From NCBI GenBank assembly GCA_046318155.1, contig JBKCUU010000114.1, positions 1 to 34,870 of the forward strand: a stretch of 34,870 bases of DNA, read 5' to 3'. Below the pieces are notes generated by a model that was given only the letters and a program-made list of their open reading frames with translations, was not told the DNA's origin and made no database searches. This DNA comes from Bdellovibrio sp. Its GTDB lineage: Bacteria > Bdellovibrionota > Bdellovibrionia > Bdellovibrionales > Bdellovibrionaceae. Both the position numbers and the translations under genes were made by a program. Shown one piece after another: positions 9,902 to 19,321 of this stretch (positions within the stretch are counted from its first letter, which is position 1; each line of letters starts with the position of its first letter).

Positions 9902-10638
9902 GATCCGTAGCGAAGACTCTTCTTTATTTTGTCCTTCTCTGCGTCAGTGTCGGTGGATCTCTTTGGGGTTTGGATCGAAAAGGTTTTTTTGCACTCGAGC
10001 ATATTGAAATTATCGTGACGCAAAATACAGATCAGCCGCGATTTATGAAGCCCGCCATCACCGACCTTGACGAGCAGATGGAAAGACTACGCGGTCAATC
10101 TTTATGGCGCATCAGGTTAGATAACATCAATCAACAAGTCTCGAGTTTGCCATGGATTTCGAGTTTACAAGTGCGTCGCCACTGGCCTGATCGGCTTGAA
10201 GTTCGAATCGCGCCCAAGTTGGTCAAATTTTTGTTTGTTGGTAAGGACGGAAAGCTTTTTCCGGTGCTTGAAGATGGAACATTTTTGAATCCTGTTGCGG
10301 TTGAAAATTTGCCCGATGTCGTTCTTCTACGGGGAGATCAATTTGCCAGTGACAAACAACTTTTACACCGAGCGCTTGCAACCTTGAGTGAAATTCCTGA
10401 TGACGGAAGCTTCTCGAAAAAAACAATTTCAGAAATTCGTTTCGACAGCAAAGAAGGTTTTTGGGCGACGATGATGAAGCAAGGTGTGCGCGTAAAGTTG
10501 GGTGATGATGGCGTGAATTTAAAAGCCGATCGCATTTCACAAGTGATCGATTATCTTGAAGCGAACCAGTTGGATGCTCGCGTCATCGATGCGAATTTGA
10601 CGAAGAAAGTCCTTGTCAGGCTGCGTAAGGGTCCATAA
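9898..10638 (+). CDS. ftsQ: Cell division protein FtsQ/DivIB
   Basis: Single N-terminal TM, POTRA-like LPWISSLQVRRHWPDRLEVRI, GAGGAG before TTG, and position immediately before ftsA. Confidence 0.88.
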   Translation: MRSVAKTLLYFVLLCVSVGGSLWGLDRKGFFALEHIEIIVTQNTDQPRFMKPAITDLDEQMERLRGQSLWRIRLDNINQQVSSLPWISSLQVRRHWPDRLEVRIAPKLVKFLFVGKDGKLFPVLEDGTFLNPVAVENLPDVVLLRGDQFASDKQLLHRALATLSEIPDDGSFSKKTISEIRFDSKEGFWATMMKQGVRVKLGDDGVNLKADRISQVIDYLEANQLDARVIDANLTKKVLVRLRKGP

Positions 10639-10710
10639 TCTAAAAGTCGTAGGACACGAGTCCTGCTCGAGATAGACCTAGCCTTGACCAAAGATGATCA
10701 TCGCAAAAGG

Positions 10711-10739
10711 TCAGTCTTGAAAAAGTCGCTCAAGACTGA
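10711..10739. repeat. Perfect 10-bp inverted repeat upstream of ftsA
   Basis: TCAGTCTTGA (10711-10720) / TCAAGACTGA (10730-10739) with a 9-nt loop, just before the ftsA RBS. Confidence 0.75.
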
Positions 10740-10755
10740 GCTTAAGGATGAGTAT

Positions 10756-12033
10756 ATGAAATCCAGTCTACCCGTGATTGCGGGACTCGACATTGGATCT
10801 AGCAAAGTCACCGTGGTTATCGGGGTTGTCAATCAGTCCTCTGCGCAACCCGATGGAACTGAGCCTGTTGTTGAAATTGTCGGAGTCGGCACCGCTCCTA
10901 ATACCGGAATTCGTCAAGGTGTTGTCGTCAATATTGAAGCGACTACTGAAAGTATTCGAAAAGCTCGCGAAGAAGCTGAGCTCATGTCTGGATATAAAAT
11001 TGAAGAAGTTTGGGTGAGTGTTTCGGGATCGCACATTCGCTCATTTGATTCTCGCGGCATGGTTGCGATCAAAAATAAAGAAGTGAACCGCCAAGACATG
11101 GACCGAGTGATCGAGGCGGCAAAGGCAGTCGCAGTTCCAACAGACCGCACCGTTTTGCACGTCATTCCTCGCGAGTATAAAGTCGATGGGCAAGATGGGA
11201 TTTTAGATCCGATCGGCATGGCGGGCATTCGCTTGGAAGCCAGTGTTCATATTGTGACTGGTGGGCAAACAGCGATCGCCAACAATTTAAAATGTATTGA
11301 GCGTGCCGGACTTCAGGTTGCTGGAATGGTCCTTGATCAGCTCGCATCTGCGATGTCGATCTTGAGTGATGACGAAAAAAACTTAGGTGTTTGCGTAGCC
11401 GATTTAGGCGCGGGCTCTTGCCATATGGTTTATTTTGTCAACGGCAGTGTGGCGCAAACTTCGGCGATTCCGATTGGTGGCCAACATTTCACGCACGACA
11501 TTGCGATTGGCTTAAGAACGCCGCAAATTTCGGCTGAAGATCTTAAAAAACGCTACGGCTGCGCCCTTTCAACGCTTGTTCAGGAAGATGAAATAATTGA
11601 AGTTGAAGGCGTGGGCGGACGCAAATCGCGCACAGTTTTGCGCCGTGATTTGGCCGAGGTCATCGAGCCCAGAGCCGAAGAGTGTTTGCAGATGATCCAT
11701 AACGACTTGCGCATGAGTGGACTCGTTCCACTGATGGGTTCGGGCATGGTCCTCACGGGTGGAGCGGCCGAACTTGAAGGCCTTGTCGAAATGGGTGAGT
11801 TTTTGTTTGATATCCCCGTTCGTCGCGGGATGCCCAGTCACGTCGGTGGTCTGACCGAGGTTGTCAAATCGGGCGCGTTTGCAACAGCCGTGGGGCTTCT
11901 GCTCTACGGACATGCACAAAAACGGTACACCAAAGCATTTAATCAGCAGGAAGATGGAATATCCGACTCAATCAACTCGTCATTGAATTCAATTTCGAGC
12001 CGAGTGAAGGGATTTTTTCACGACTTATTCTAG
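10756..12033 (+). CDS. ftsA: Cell division protein FtsA
   Basis: Motifs [53 protein letters not shown] and ATAVGLL. ATG 10756 after AAGGATGAG is preferred to the TTG at 10684. Confidence 0.96.
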   Translation: MKSSLPVIAGLDIGSSKVTVVIGVVNQSSAQPDGTEPVVEIVGVGTAPNTGIRQGVVVNIEATTESIRKAREEAELMSGYKIEEVWVSVSGSHIRSFDSRGMVAIKNKEVNRQDMDRVIEAAKAVAVPTDRTVLHVIPREYKVDGQDGILDPIGMAGIRLEASVHIVTGGQTAIANNLKCIERAGLQVAGMVLDQLASAMSILSDDEKNLGVCVADLGAGSCHMVYFVNGSVAQTSAIPIGGQHFTHDIAIGLRTPQISAEDLKKRYGCALSTLVQEDEIIEVEGVGGRKSRTVLRRDLAEVIEPRAEECLQMIHNDLRMSGLVPLMGSGMVLTGGAAELEGLVEMGEFLFDIPVRRGMPSHVGGLTEVVKSGAFATAVGLLLYGHAQKRYTKAFNQQEDGISDSINSSLNSISSRVKGFFHDLF

Positions 12034-12044
12034 GGGGTCGCATC

Positions 12045-13580
12045 ATGTTTGAACTCGAAGAAAATATCAGTATCGGAGCGAATATTAAAGTGGTCGGCGT
12101 CGGCGGTGGCGGAAGTAACGCCGTCTCAACCATGATCGAAGGCCAGATGAGCGGGGTCTCGTTCATTGTTGCCAACACCGACATTCAAGCACTGAACGCC
12201 AACAAGGCTCCCGGAAAAATTCAACTCGGACTTGATCTCACAAAAGGTTTGGGCGCAGGCGCCAATCCTGATGTGGGCCGCCGAGCAGCGATTGAATCTT
12301 ACAATGAAATCGTCGAAAAACTTCAAGGCGCCGACATGGTTTTTGTCACCGCAGGTATGGGCGGCGGAACTGGAACGGGTGGAGCACCCATCGTTGCTAA
12401 GATCGCACGCGAAATGGGAGCCCTCACGATTGGTGTTGTGACTCGTCCCTTTGTTTTTGAAGGAAAGCGCCGGTCGAAGCACGCCGAAATGGGTCTGCAA
12501 GAACTCAAAGACAATGTTGATACCTTGATTGTCATTCCGAATCAGAAATTGCTTTCCATCGCTGGCGACCGCACACCTCTCATCGAAACTTTCAAAAAAG
12601 CCGATGAAGTTTTGTTGCAAGCCGTAAAAGGGATCTCTGATTTGATCAACATCCGTGGTCTGATCAACTTGGATTTCGCCGATATCCGTACCGTCATGCA
12701 AGCCAAAGGCTTGTCATTAATGGGAACGGGTTCAGCCAAAGGTGAGAACCGAGCAGTTGAGGCAGCAACGGCTGCCATCTCTTCGCCGCTTCTTGAGAAT
12801 ATTAAAATTGATGGCGCCACTGGTATCATCATCAATGTGACGGGCGGTCCTGACCTTAGCTTGTACGAAGTGAACGAAGCTTCGACATTGATTACTGAAG
12901 CGGCGCACGAAGACGCCGAGATCATCTTCGGTGCCGTGATTGACGACTCGATGACGGATGAAGTTCGCGTCACCGTTATCGCCACTGGTTTTGCTGATCC
13001 CGAGAAGAAAATTCAGAGCGTCGATACGGTGTCTCGCATGCAGGAGTTTTTAAACTCAGCGCCTTCGACATCGATGCCTCGAATTGAATTGCCTCCGATT
13101 CCTTCTTTTGCGCAAGCTCCGATGGATATGCCAGTTCCGCAGCAGCAACAGCAGGTAGCGCCTGCGCAGCCAATGTATCATCAACAACCGATGGCGCCTC
13201 AGCCGCCAGTGATGCCAATGCCCGCAGCGCCTCAGCCCGTGCAGACTTCAATGGTTCAGCCTACTCAACCCTCGGTTCCTCACCTGCAAACTGCGCCGGC
13301 GTTTGCTGCCCCGAAAGCCGAGCGTAGTGATGCCATGGTCTCGGCTCGTGATCAATTGGTGGCAAAAGCCAAGGCCTTTAAAGAAGCACAAGACATCAAA
13401 TCAAAATATGCTCAGCCCGAACAACTCTCGATGAATGTTGAGAGCTCGATTGATGACCTCGAAAAAGCCCGCCAAATGGCCCGCGAAGTATTGAGCTCTC
13501 CTTTTACGGCGCAGAACTTGGAAGTACCTGCGTTTATTCGTAAACGACAAGGCGCCGAGGGGGGCGATAAGAGCATTTAA
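12045..13580 (+). CDS. ftsZ: Cell division protein FtsZ (511 aa, long linker)
   Basis: Motifs [13 protein letters not shown], tubulin signature [20 protein letters not shown] and C-terminal peptide LEVPAFIRK. Confidence 0.99.
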   Translation: MFELEENISIGANIKVVGVGGGGSNAVSTMIEGQMSGVSFIVANTDIQALNANKAPGKIQLGLDLTKGLGAGANPDVGRRAAIESYNEIVEKLQGADMVFVTAGMGGGTGTGGAPIVAKIAREMGALTIGVVTRPFVFEGKRRSKHAEMGLQELKDNVDTLIVIPNQKLLSIAGDRTPLIETFKKADEVLLQAVKGISDLINIRGLINLDFADIRTVMQAKGLSLMGTGSAKGENRAVEAATAAISSPLLENIKIDGATGIIINVTGGPDLSLYEVNEASTLITEAAHEDAEIIFGAVIDDSMTDEVRVTVIATGFADPEKKIQSVDTVSRMQEFLNSAPSTSMPRIELPPIPSFAQAPMDMPVPQQQQQVAPAQPMYHQQPMAPQPPVMPMPAAPQPVQTSMVQPTQPSVPHLQTAPAFAAPKAERSDAMVSARDQLVAKAKAFKEAQDIKSKYAQPEQLSMNVESSIDDLEKARQMAREVLSSPFTAQNLEVPAFIRKRQGAEGGDKSI

Positions 13581-14336
13581 GTGATTTCGGCCTGGTTTGT
13601 ATCTGATCTTCATTTGAAACACATGCAAGAGCGGAGAAGTGAATTGCTTCTCCGCTTTTTGTCTTTTTTGGCCGACAAAAAAGCACCCTGCACACATCTG
13701 TATCTCGTGGGTGATATTTTTGATCTTTGGATCGGGGATCACAACTATTTCGACGAGAAGTTCGCCCCCTTGATCGCGCAAATCCAAAAGATTAAAGGCA
13801 ATGGCGTTCAGGTGACTTATTTTGAGGGCAATCACGACGTTCACGTGAAGCGGTATTGGGAGTCAAGGTACCAGATCCCTTGCTATATCGAAGAGCACTT
13901 CGATCGGCTGGGTCCGCACTTCGTGCGAGTCGAGCACGGGGATTTGATCAACCCCAATGACACGAAATATCTCAAGTACCGAGATTTTATCCGCCAACCT
14001 TTTATAGAAAAACTGGCGCACGTGTTGTCACCACGATTGATCCATTGGCTCGGGGACCACGCCAGCAAGCAAAGCCGCAAGTACAGTTCGGTCAAGCGCC
14101 GCGATTCTGAAGCAGAGCTGAGACAAATGATTCGTAGCTATGCCGAAAACACCTATGCCGCCAAACCCTTTGATTTGATTATCACGGGGCATATGCATAT
14201 TCGCGATGATTATACGTTTGAGCGAGACGGAAAAAAAATTCGCAGCGTAAATTTGGGCTCGTGGTTTGACGAGCCCCTGATTTTTCGTCTAACAGAGACG
14301 GGATCCGAATGGATCTCCGCAGAAAATCTAAAGTAA
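13581..14336 (+). CDS. lpxH: UDP-2,3-diacylglucosamine diphosphatase (LpxH/LpxH2-like metallophosphoesterase)
   Basis: Motifs SDLHL, GDIFDLW, GNHD, EHGD, GHMH and NLGSW. GTG start directly after the ftsZ stop. Confidence 0.82.
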   Translation: MISAWFVSDLHLKHMQERRSELLLRFLSFLADKKAPCTHLYLVGDIFDLWIGDHNYFDEKFAPLIAQIQKIKGNGVQVTYFEGNHDVHVKRYWESRYQIPCYIEEHFDRLGPHFVRVEHGDLINPNDTKYLKYRDFIRQPFIEKLAHVLSPRLIHWLGDHASKQSRKYSSVKRRDSEAELRQMIRSYAENTYAAKPFDLIITGHMHIRDDYTFERDGKKIRSVNLGSWFDEPLIFRLTETGSEWISAENLK

Positions 14337-14342
14337 CGAAAA

Positions 14343-14461
14343 GCTCTTAAAAAGTTTATCGGTCGACGATCCAGAGGCGTGTTAGAAAAGTCGCTTGTAC
14401 CCGATGACGCCCTAGATGCCCGAAAGTATACCTTCGTAGGCCGTCGATAAATTCTTAAAGC
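14343..14461 (-). other. Structured intergenic element (candidate ncRNA or REP/MITE-like remnant)
   Basis: Three nested stems: 14347-14361/14445-14458, 14369-14380/14407-14417 and a hairpin at 14421-14436. Mismatches become G-U pairs on the minus strand. Confidence 0.45.
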
Positions 14462-14506
14462 CTGGTTTGTCGGGGCCATTAGACTAAAGCAGAGGCCTCG
14501 CCCCTC

Positions 14507-16201
14507 CTATTGGCCTGCCATTGAGAGCAGCTCTTGCGCATGCGCCAAGCTTGTCTTGGTAATCTTTTCGCCCGAGATAAGACGCGCAATTTCTTGGGTC
14601 CGGTCTTTCTTAAGAAGTTTAAGAACTTCCATTGAGACCGAGTTTTTCACAGGGCTCTTTTGGATAAAGAAATGTTGATCACCAAAAGCGGCGACTTGCG
14701 GCAAGTGCGTAATGCAGATGACCTGTTGGCCGTTGGCAATCGACTTCAACTTGCGGCCCACCTTCTCGGCCGTCTCGCCCGAGCCGCCTGTATCGACCTC
14801 ATCGAACAAATACGTGCGTGGCCATTTCGAGGCGCCAACAACGCGTTTAAGTGAAAGCAGAATGCGGCTCAGCTCACCGCCCGAGGCAAATTTTGAAAGG
14901 GGGCGAGGCGGGTCCTTGGGAGACGTCTGGCTTTGAAACTCAACGTCCGAGGTTCCGGTTTGACTCAGCTCCTGTTTAGTTTTGATTTCGACATGGAACT
15001 GTACGCCCTTCATATTCAAATCGCTGAGCTCTTCATTGACAGAAGAGCGCAAAAGTTTGGCACCTTCGCTGCGGCGTTTGTGCATATCGGCCGCCTTTTT
15101 CCAAAGATCTTTTTCTTGTTTTGCGAGATCAGCACGCATGACTTCGAGATGTTCATCCGAATTCTCGAGTGCTGCGATCTCGGTTTCGAGTTTAAGTAAT
15201 GCTGTTAAGATGTCATCGACAGATTGTCCGTGCTTTTTTTGCAATTTGCGAAGATCGCTTAAGCGCTCTTGCAGAGAGTCCAATCGACCGGGCTCTGAAT
15301 CCAAACTCGACATCGACTGGCGAAGTTCATACACAAAATCTTCGAGTAGCGCTTGCGCTTGCGTGAGCGCCGGAATTTTTTCTGCCAAAGAGGGGTCAAG
15401 CAAGGCCGTCTCGGTGCCTCGCTTAAAAATTGTCTTGATTCGAGCAATGGCCGAATCATCATCAGAAGCCAGCGCACTCTCGGCCGTGTCAACAAAACCG
15501 GTGAGTTTTGACGAATTCTTAAGTCGTTTGATTTCGGCCTCAAGCTCGACGTCTTCGCCCGGTGAAAGATCCAGACTCACAATTTCATCGCGCTGAAATT
15601 TGAGAAAATCCAAACGTTGAGATTTTTCTTGGCTCTCGCGAGCAAAGGTTTCGATTTTGTTCTTAAGCTCGGCCCACTCAAGATAAGTGGCAAAGTAAGC
15701 GTGGCGAAGGTCCCAGACGCCCGTGTACTGATCCAGCAAATCGAGATGGTAGCCTTTTGAGAGCAAGTTGCGATTGTCGTGCTGGCCGGTCATTTCGATC
15801 AAAGGGGCATGAGAGCCGGCGAGGTCAATTAAAGGTGCAACAATGTCTCGGAGCGTGTTCAACGTCGAAAGATTGCCATTCAAGTAAACCTTGGACTTGT
15901 CTTCACCCAGGACGCGGCGAACAACAAGGGTGCCATCTTCGATTTCGATTCCGACTTCGGTGAGATGCTTCTGGATATCTTTGCGTGAGCGCAAATCAAA
16001 CGATCCCTCGATCGAGGCTTGCGTGCAGCCACTGCGAATCTGTTCAGAGGATCCTTTAAGCCCCATGAGCAGGCTGAGGCTTTTGAGAAGAACCGATTTG
16101 CCGGCCCCCGTTTCGCCCGACAAAATATTGAGGCCCGGACCAAATTCGATCTGTAAATTTTCGATGATCGCAAAATTTGAAACCTTTAACTCTTGCAGCA
16201 T
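14507..16201 (-). CDS. recN: DNA repair protein RecN
   Basis: MLQELKVSNFAIIE start after GAGGAG, Walker A GETGAGKS, GQHD, signature ASGGELSR, FDEVDTG and ITHLPQVA. True start is 16201, not 16339. Confidence 0.96.
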   Translation of the reverse strand: MLQELKVSNFAIIENLQIEFGPGLNILSGETGAGKSVLLKSLSLLMGLKGSSEQIRSGCTQASIEGSFDLRSRKDIQKHLTEVGIEIEDGTLVVRRVLGEDKSKVYLNGNLSTLNTLRDIVAPLIDLAGSHAPLIEMTGQHDNRNLLSKGYHLDLLDQYTGVWDLRHAYFATYLEWAELKNKIETFARESQEKSQRLDFLKFQRDEIVSLDLSPGEDVELEAEIKRLKNSSKLTGFVDTAESALASDDDSAIARIKTIFKRGTETALLDPSLAEKIPALTQAQALLEDFVYELRQSMSSLDSEPGRLDSLQERLSDLRKLQKKHGQSVDDILTALLKLETEIAALENSDEHLEVMRADLAKQEKDLWKKAADMHKRRSEGAKLLRSSVNEELSDLNMKGVQFHVEIKTKQELSQTGTSDVEFQSQTSPKDPPRPLSKFASGGELSRILLSLKRVVGASKWPRTYLFDEVDTGGSGETAEKVGRKLKSIANGQQVICITHLPQVAAFGDQHFFIQKSPVKNSVSMEVLKLLKKDRTQEIARLISGEKITKTSLAHAQELLSMAGQ

Positions 16202-16223
16202 GTGATCCTCCTCGAGGAATTTG

Positions 16224-17123
16224 CTAGTTACGGTCGCCGAAACGCAGCTTTTCTCGCAGTAATAAAAAGTCATTGTGCCCAGGTTCGCGAACCATCCAGT
16301 GATCTTGGGGGTTGCGTCTGACGACAATCTCATCGTCATTCAAAACGTCACAAGTCCGCTGACCATCCAGCACCAAGCGCCCGCACGGACCGGTTTTAGG
16401 ACCGCCCACAATTTGAAAGCGCAAATCGCGATCATCCGGCATAATCAGGGGCCGGCTCGTCAGGCTGTGCGGAGCAATGGGCGTCACGACCAAAGCTTTG
16501 ACTTCGGGATGCAAGAGTGGTCCGCCGGCGGCCAAGTTGTAAGCCGTGGAACCCGTCGGTGTCGCAATCAAAATGCCGTCAGCTTTGACTTCACTGACCA
16601 AAAACTTTTCGCTGTGAATGGCAATGTTGATCAGGTGGCTTTGATTGCCACGTTCGATGACGACGTCATTTAAGCACAAGTGAGTGCCCATTTTTTTGCC
16701 CTTACGATGGAAATCAACTTGAAGCATGGCCCGCGGGGCGAGCTCCATTTTGTTTTGCAAAGCGTGTTCGACGGCTGCAAAAACTTCATCGGCCCGGGTC
16801 GGAGTCAAGAATCCTAAAGAGCCTAAATTCACGCCGAGAATCGGAACCGGACTGCCTTCCAAAAGGCGAACCGCACGAAGATAAGTCCCGTCACCGCCCA
16901 AGACGATGACGAGTCCCATCTCTTGAAGAGACTTGGTTGTCTTCAAAATTTTTGTCCCCGGAACCTTTTTTTGCTCGGGAGCCGTATAAACGTCATAATC
17001 GCGTTCATTGAGCCAAGCGCTCAGCGCCGCCGCCAAGCTGACCGCGGCGGGAGTCGCCAGACGGTAGACCAAGGCAACTTTGGGGGCTTCGGCAAACTTC
17101 AGGCGCTGCGAGGACTTCTTCAT
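16224..17123 (-). CDS. nadK: NAD(+)/NADH kinase
   Basis: Motifs LGGDGT, GVNLGSLGFL, LND, DG...TPTGSTAYNLAAGG and PHSLTSRP; classic nadK-recN pairing. Confidence 0.96.
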   Translation of the reverse strand: MKKSSQRLKFAEAPKVALVYRLATPAAVSLAAALSAWLNERDYDVYTAPEQKKVPGTKILKTTKSLQEMGLVIVLGGDGTYLRAVRLLEGSPVPILGVNLGSLGFLTPTRADEVFAAVEHALQNKMELAPRAMLQVDFHRKGKKMGTHLCLNDVVIERGNQSHLINIAIHSEKFLVSEVKADGILIATPTGSTAYNLAAGGPLLHPEVKALVVTPIAPHSLTSRPLIMPDDRDLRFQIVGGPKTGPCGRLVLDGQRTCDVLNDDEIVVRRNPQDHWMVREPGHNDFLLLREKLRFGDRN

Positions 17124-19180
17124 TGTACGTCCATGAGGCCATCTCGGCGAAGCAAGGCCTTGGGATCGGGCTCGCGGCCACGAAACTTTTTGTACAGATC
17201 CATGGGATGCTCGGTCCCGCCGCTTGAGAGTACAAACTTTTTAAACTTGCTTGAGACCTCGGTATTGAAGAGGCCTTCATCCATAAAGTATTCGAACGCA
17301 TCCGCGTCCAAAACTTCCGCCCACTTGTAGCTGTAGTAGCCAGCTGAATAACCACCCGCAAAAATATGACTAAAGGCCACGGACGAGTTTGTTCCAGGGG
17401 TGATCGGAAACAAACGAGTGTCTTTGGTGGCCTGCTCCTCAAACTCCGAAACGTTGGTGATCTGAGCCGGATTGGTCGTATGCCATTTCATATCAAGAAG
17501 TGCAAAGTTGACCTGCCTGAGACTCATCAAACCTGATTGAAACTTGTTGGCTTTTTTTATCTTTTCGACCAAGTCGGCTGGTATCTTGGCGCCGGTCTGA
17601 TAATGAGCGGCAAACAGATCAAGACCTTCTTTTTCGCGCACCCAATTCTCCATGATTTGAGACGGAAGCTCGACAAAGTCCCAATACACGTTTGTTCCTG
17701 CAATCGAGCGGTATTTACACTGGGAGAGCAAGCCGTGCAGCGCGTGACCAAATTCATGAAACAGAGTTTGGACTTCGTCGTAGTTCAAAAGTGAGGGCTT
17801 GGTCGTCGTTGGTTTGGTAAAATTGCAGACGATCGAAACGTGAGGACGGCGCACCTGTCCCAGCCAAAGTCCTTGCTCACGAAAAGCCGTCATCCAGGCG
17901 CCGCCACGTTTGGTTTCGCGCGGAAAGAAGTCGGTGTAAAACAAACCCACGTAGTCGTTTGATTTTTCATCACGAACCTCGAAGACATCAACTTCGGGGT
18001 GATAAACAGGAACGTCCGAAAGTTTTTTGAACGTGAGCCCGTAAAGCTTGCGGGCGTGTTCAAAAACCCCGGCCACGACTTTTTCGAGTTGAAAGTAAGG
18101 GCGGAGCTCCTCTTCGTTGAATTGAAATTTCTTTTCTTTGAGCTGTTCCGAATAAAATGCCGTGTCCCAGGGTTTTAAATCCGCATCGCCGTCGACAGAT
18201 TTTTTAAACTCACGTAGTTCGGCCAAATCCTTTTCAGCTGCTTTTTTTGACGGGGTCAGAAGTTGGTTCAAGAAACTAAAAACTTGGCTTGGGGTCTGGG
18301 CCATGCGCTCTTCAAGAACGAAATCAGCGTGCGAAGCAAAGCCTAAGAGTTTAGCACGCTCGTCTCTTAACCGCACGGTTTGTAAGACAACATCGCTGTT
18401 GTCGTTGTCACCTGTAAATGCGCGCGAGTTGTACGCCGTCCAAAGTTGTGCGCGCAGAGCGCGGTTTTTAGCATATTGCATGAACGGCATAAAGCTAGGT
18501 GCCTGAAGGGTAAAAGCCCATTTTCCTTTGTGACCCTTTTTTTCAGCTTCGATGGCGGCCGCTTCAATGGCGCCCTCGGGCAGGCCATCAAGGTCCTCTT
18601 TTTTATCAATCAGCAAAAGATGCGCATTTGTCGCGTTCAAAACATTTTCAGAAAATTTGGGGCTCGCCAGGGAGAGCTCTTGATCGATCGCTTTGAGTTG
18701 TTCTTTTTTTTCAGCGCTGAGGTTGGCGCCGTTGCGGACAAAGTTTTTGTAACTTTTGTCGAGCATCTGCATTTGCTCTTGGCTCAGTTTCAGCATCGCT
18801 CGCTTGTCGTAGACCGATTTGATTTTAGCGAAGATGGCTTCGTCCAAAGAAATTTCAGATTGCAAGGCGGTGGCTTTGGGCGAAATGTCTTTGGCCAAGG
18901 CCTGAAGCTCAGGCGAAGCTTCGGCGCTAAAGAGATTAAAATAAACATTGGTCACAAGATCGAAAGCCTCGGTTGAAGTTTCGAGAGCTTCCATGACGTT
19001 TTCGAAATTGGGTTCTGCTTGGTTGGCCTTGATGGCTGTGATATTTTGCCGAGCTTTTTTGATCGCGACTTCGAGTGCCGGTAAGAAGTGTTCAACTTTA
19101 ATTTCAGGAAACGGAATCACTTCGTCTTGGCTGTGAAACCCGGCTTTTTCGAGGGCGATAAGGAAGGGATTTTGTGACAT
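17120..19180 (-). CDS. M3 family metallopeptidase (peptidyl-dipeptidase Dcp/oligopeptidase A-like)
   Basis: Motifs KRGGAWM, LFHEFGHALH (HExxH), DFVELPSQIMENW, GYSAGYYSYKWAE and FRGREP. ATGA overlap with nadK. Confidence 0.93.
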   Translation of the reverse strand: MSQNPFLIALEKAGFHSQDEVIPFPEIKVEHFLPALEVAIKKARQNITAIKANQAEPNFENVMEALETSTEAFDLVTNVYFNLFSAEASPELQALAKDISPKATALQSEISLDEAIFAKIKSVYDKRAMLKLSQEQMQMLDKSYKNFVRNGANLSAEKKEQLKAIDQELSLASPKFSENVLNATNAHLLLIDKKEDLDGLPEGAIEAAAIEAEKKGHKGKWAFTLQAPSFMPFMQYAKNRALRAQLWTAYNSRAFTGDNDNSDVVLQTVRLRDERAKLLGFASHADFVLEERMAQTPSQVFSFLNQLLTPSKKAAEKDLAELREFKKSVDGDADLKPWDTAFYSEQLKEKKFQFNEEELRPYFQLEKVVAGVFEHARKLYGLTFKKLSDVPVYHPEVDVFEVRDEKSNDYVGLFYTDFFPRETKRGGAWMTAFREQGLWLGQVRRPHVSIVCNFTKPTTTKPSLLNYDEVQTLFHEFGHALHGLLSQCKYRSIAGTNVYWDFVELPSQIMENWVREKEGLDLFAAHYQTGAKIPADLVEKIKKANKFQSGLMSLRQVNFALLDMKWHTTNPAQITNVSEFEEQATKDTRLFPITPGTNSSVAFSHIFAGGYSAGYYSYKWAEVLDADAFEYFMDEGLFNTEVSSKFKKFVLSSGGTEHPMDLYKKFRGREPDPKALLRRDGLMDVQ

Positions 19181-19321
19181 AAAAATTCTCACTTTCTGAG
19201 TTCTTCAGACTTATCAAACGCGTGGTTTTGAAGCAGCAAAGAAGGCCTCTATTGCTGTGCATAAACGATCTGAAGGTGAGAGCATTTTAGTCAGACAAGC
19301 GGGAGCGGTTTTACAACGGTT

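Noticed and set aside
14337..14506. Assignment of the structured intergenic element to SRP RNA, 6S RNA, tmRNA or tRNA
   Set aside because: No SRP helix-8 motif, T-loop/CCA or clear 6S central bubble could be identified.
14770..14805. RecN D-loop reads DTGGSG rather than the usual DTG(V/I)SG
   Set aside because: Single-residue difference that could be a variant or base-call error; all other ABC-ATPase motifs are intact.
16202..16339. N-terminal extensions in the ORF track for recN (also kinase 25428, 26763, 28723, 30772, MFS 33272)
   Set aside because: Most overlap neighbouring genes; downstream starts fit homologous N-termini, signal peptides and RBS better.
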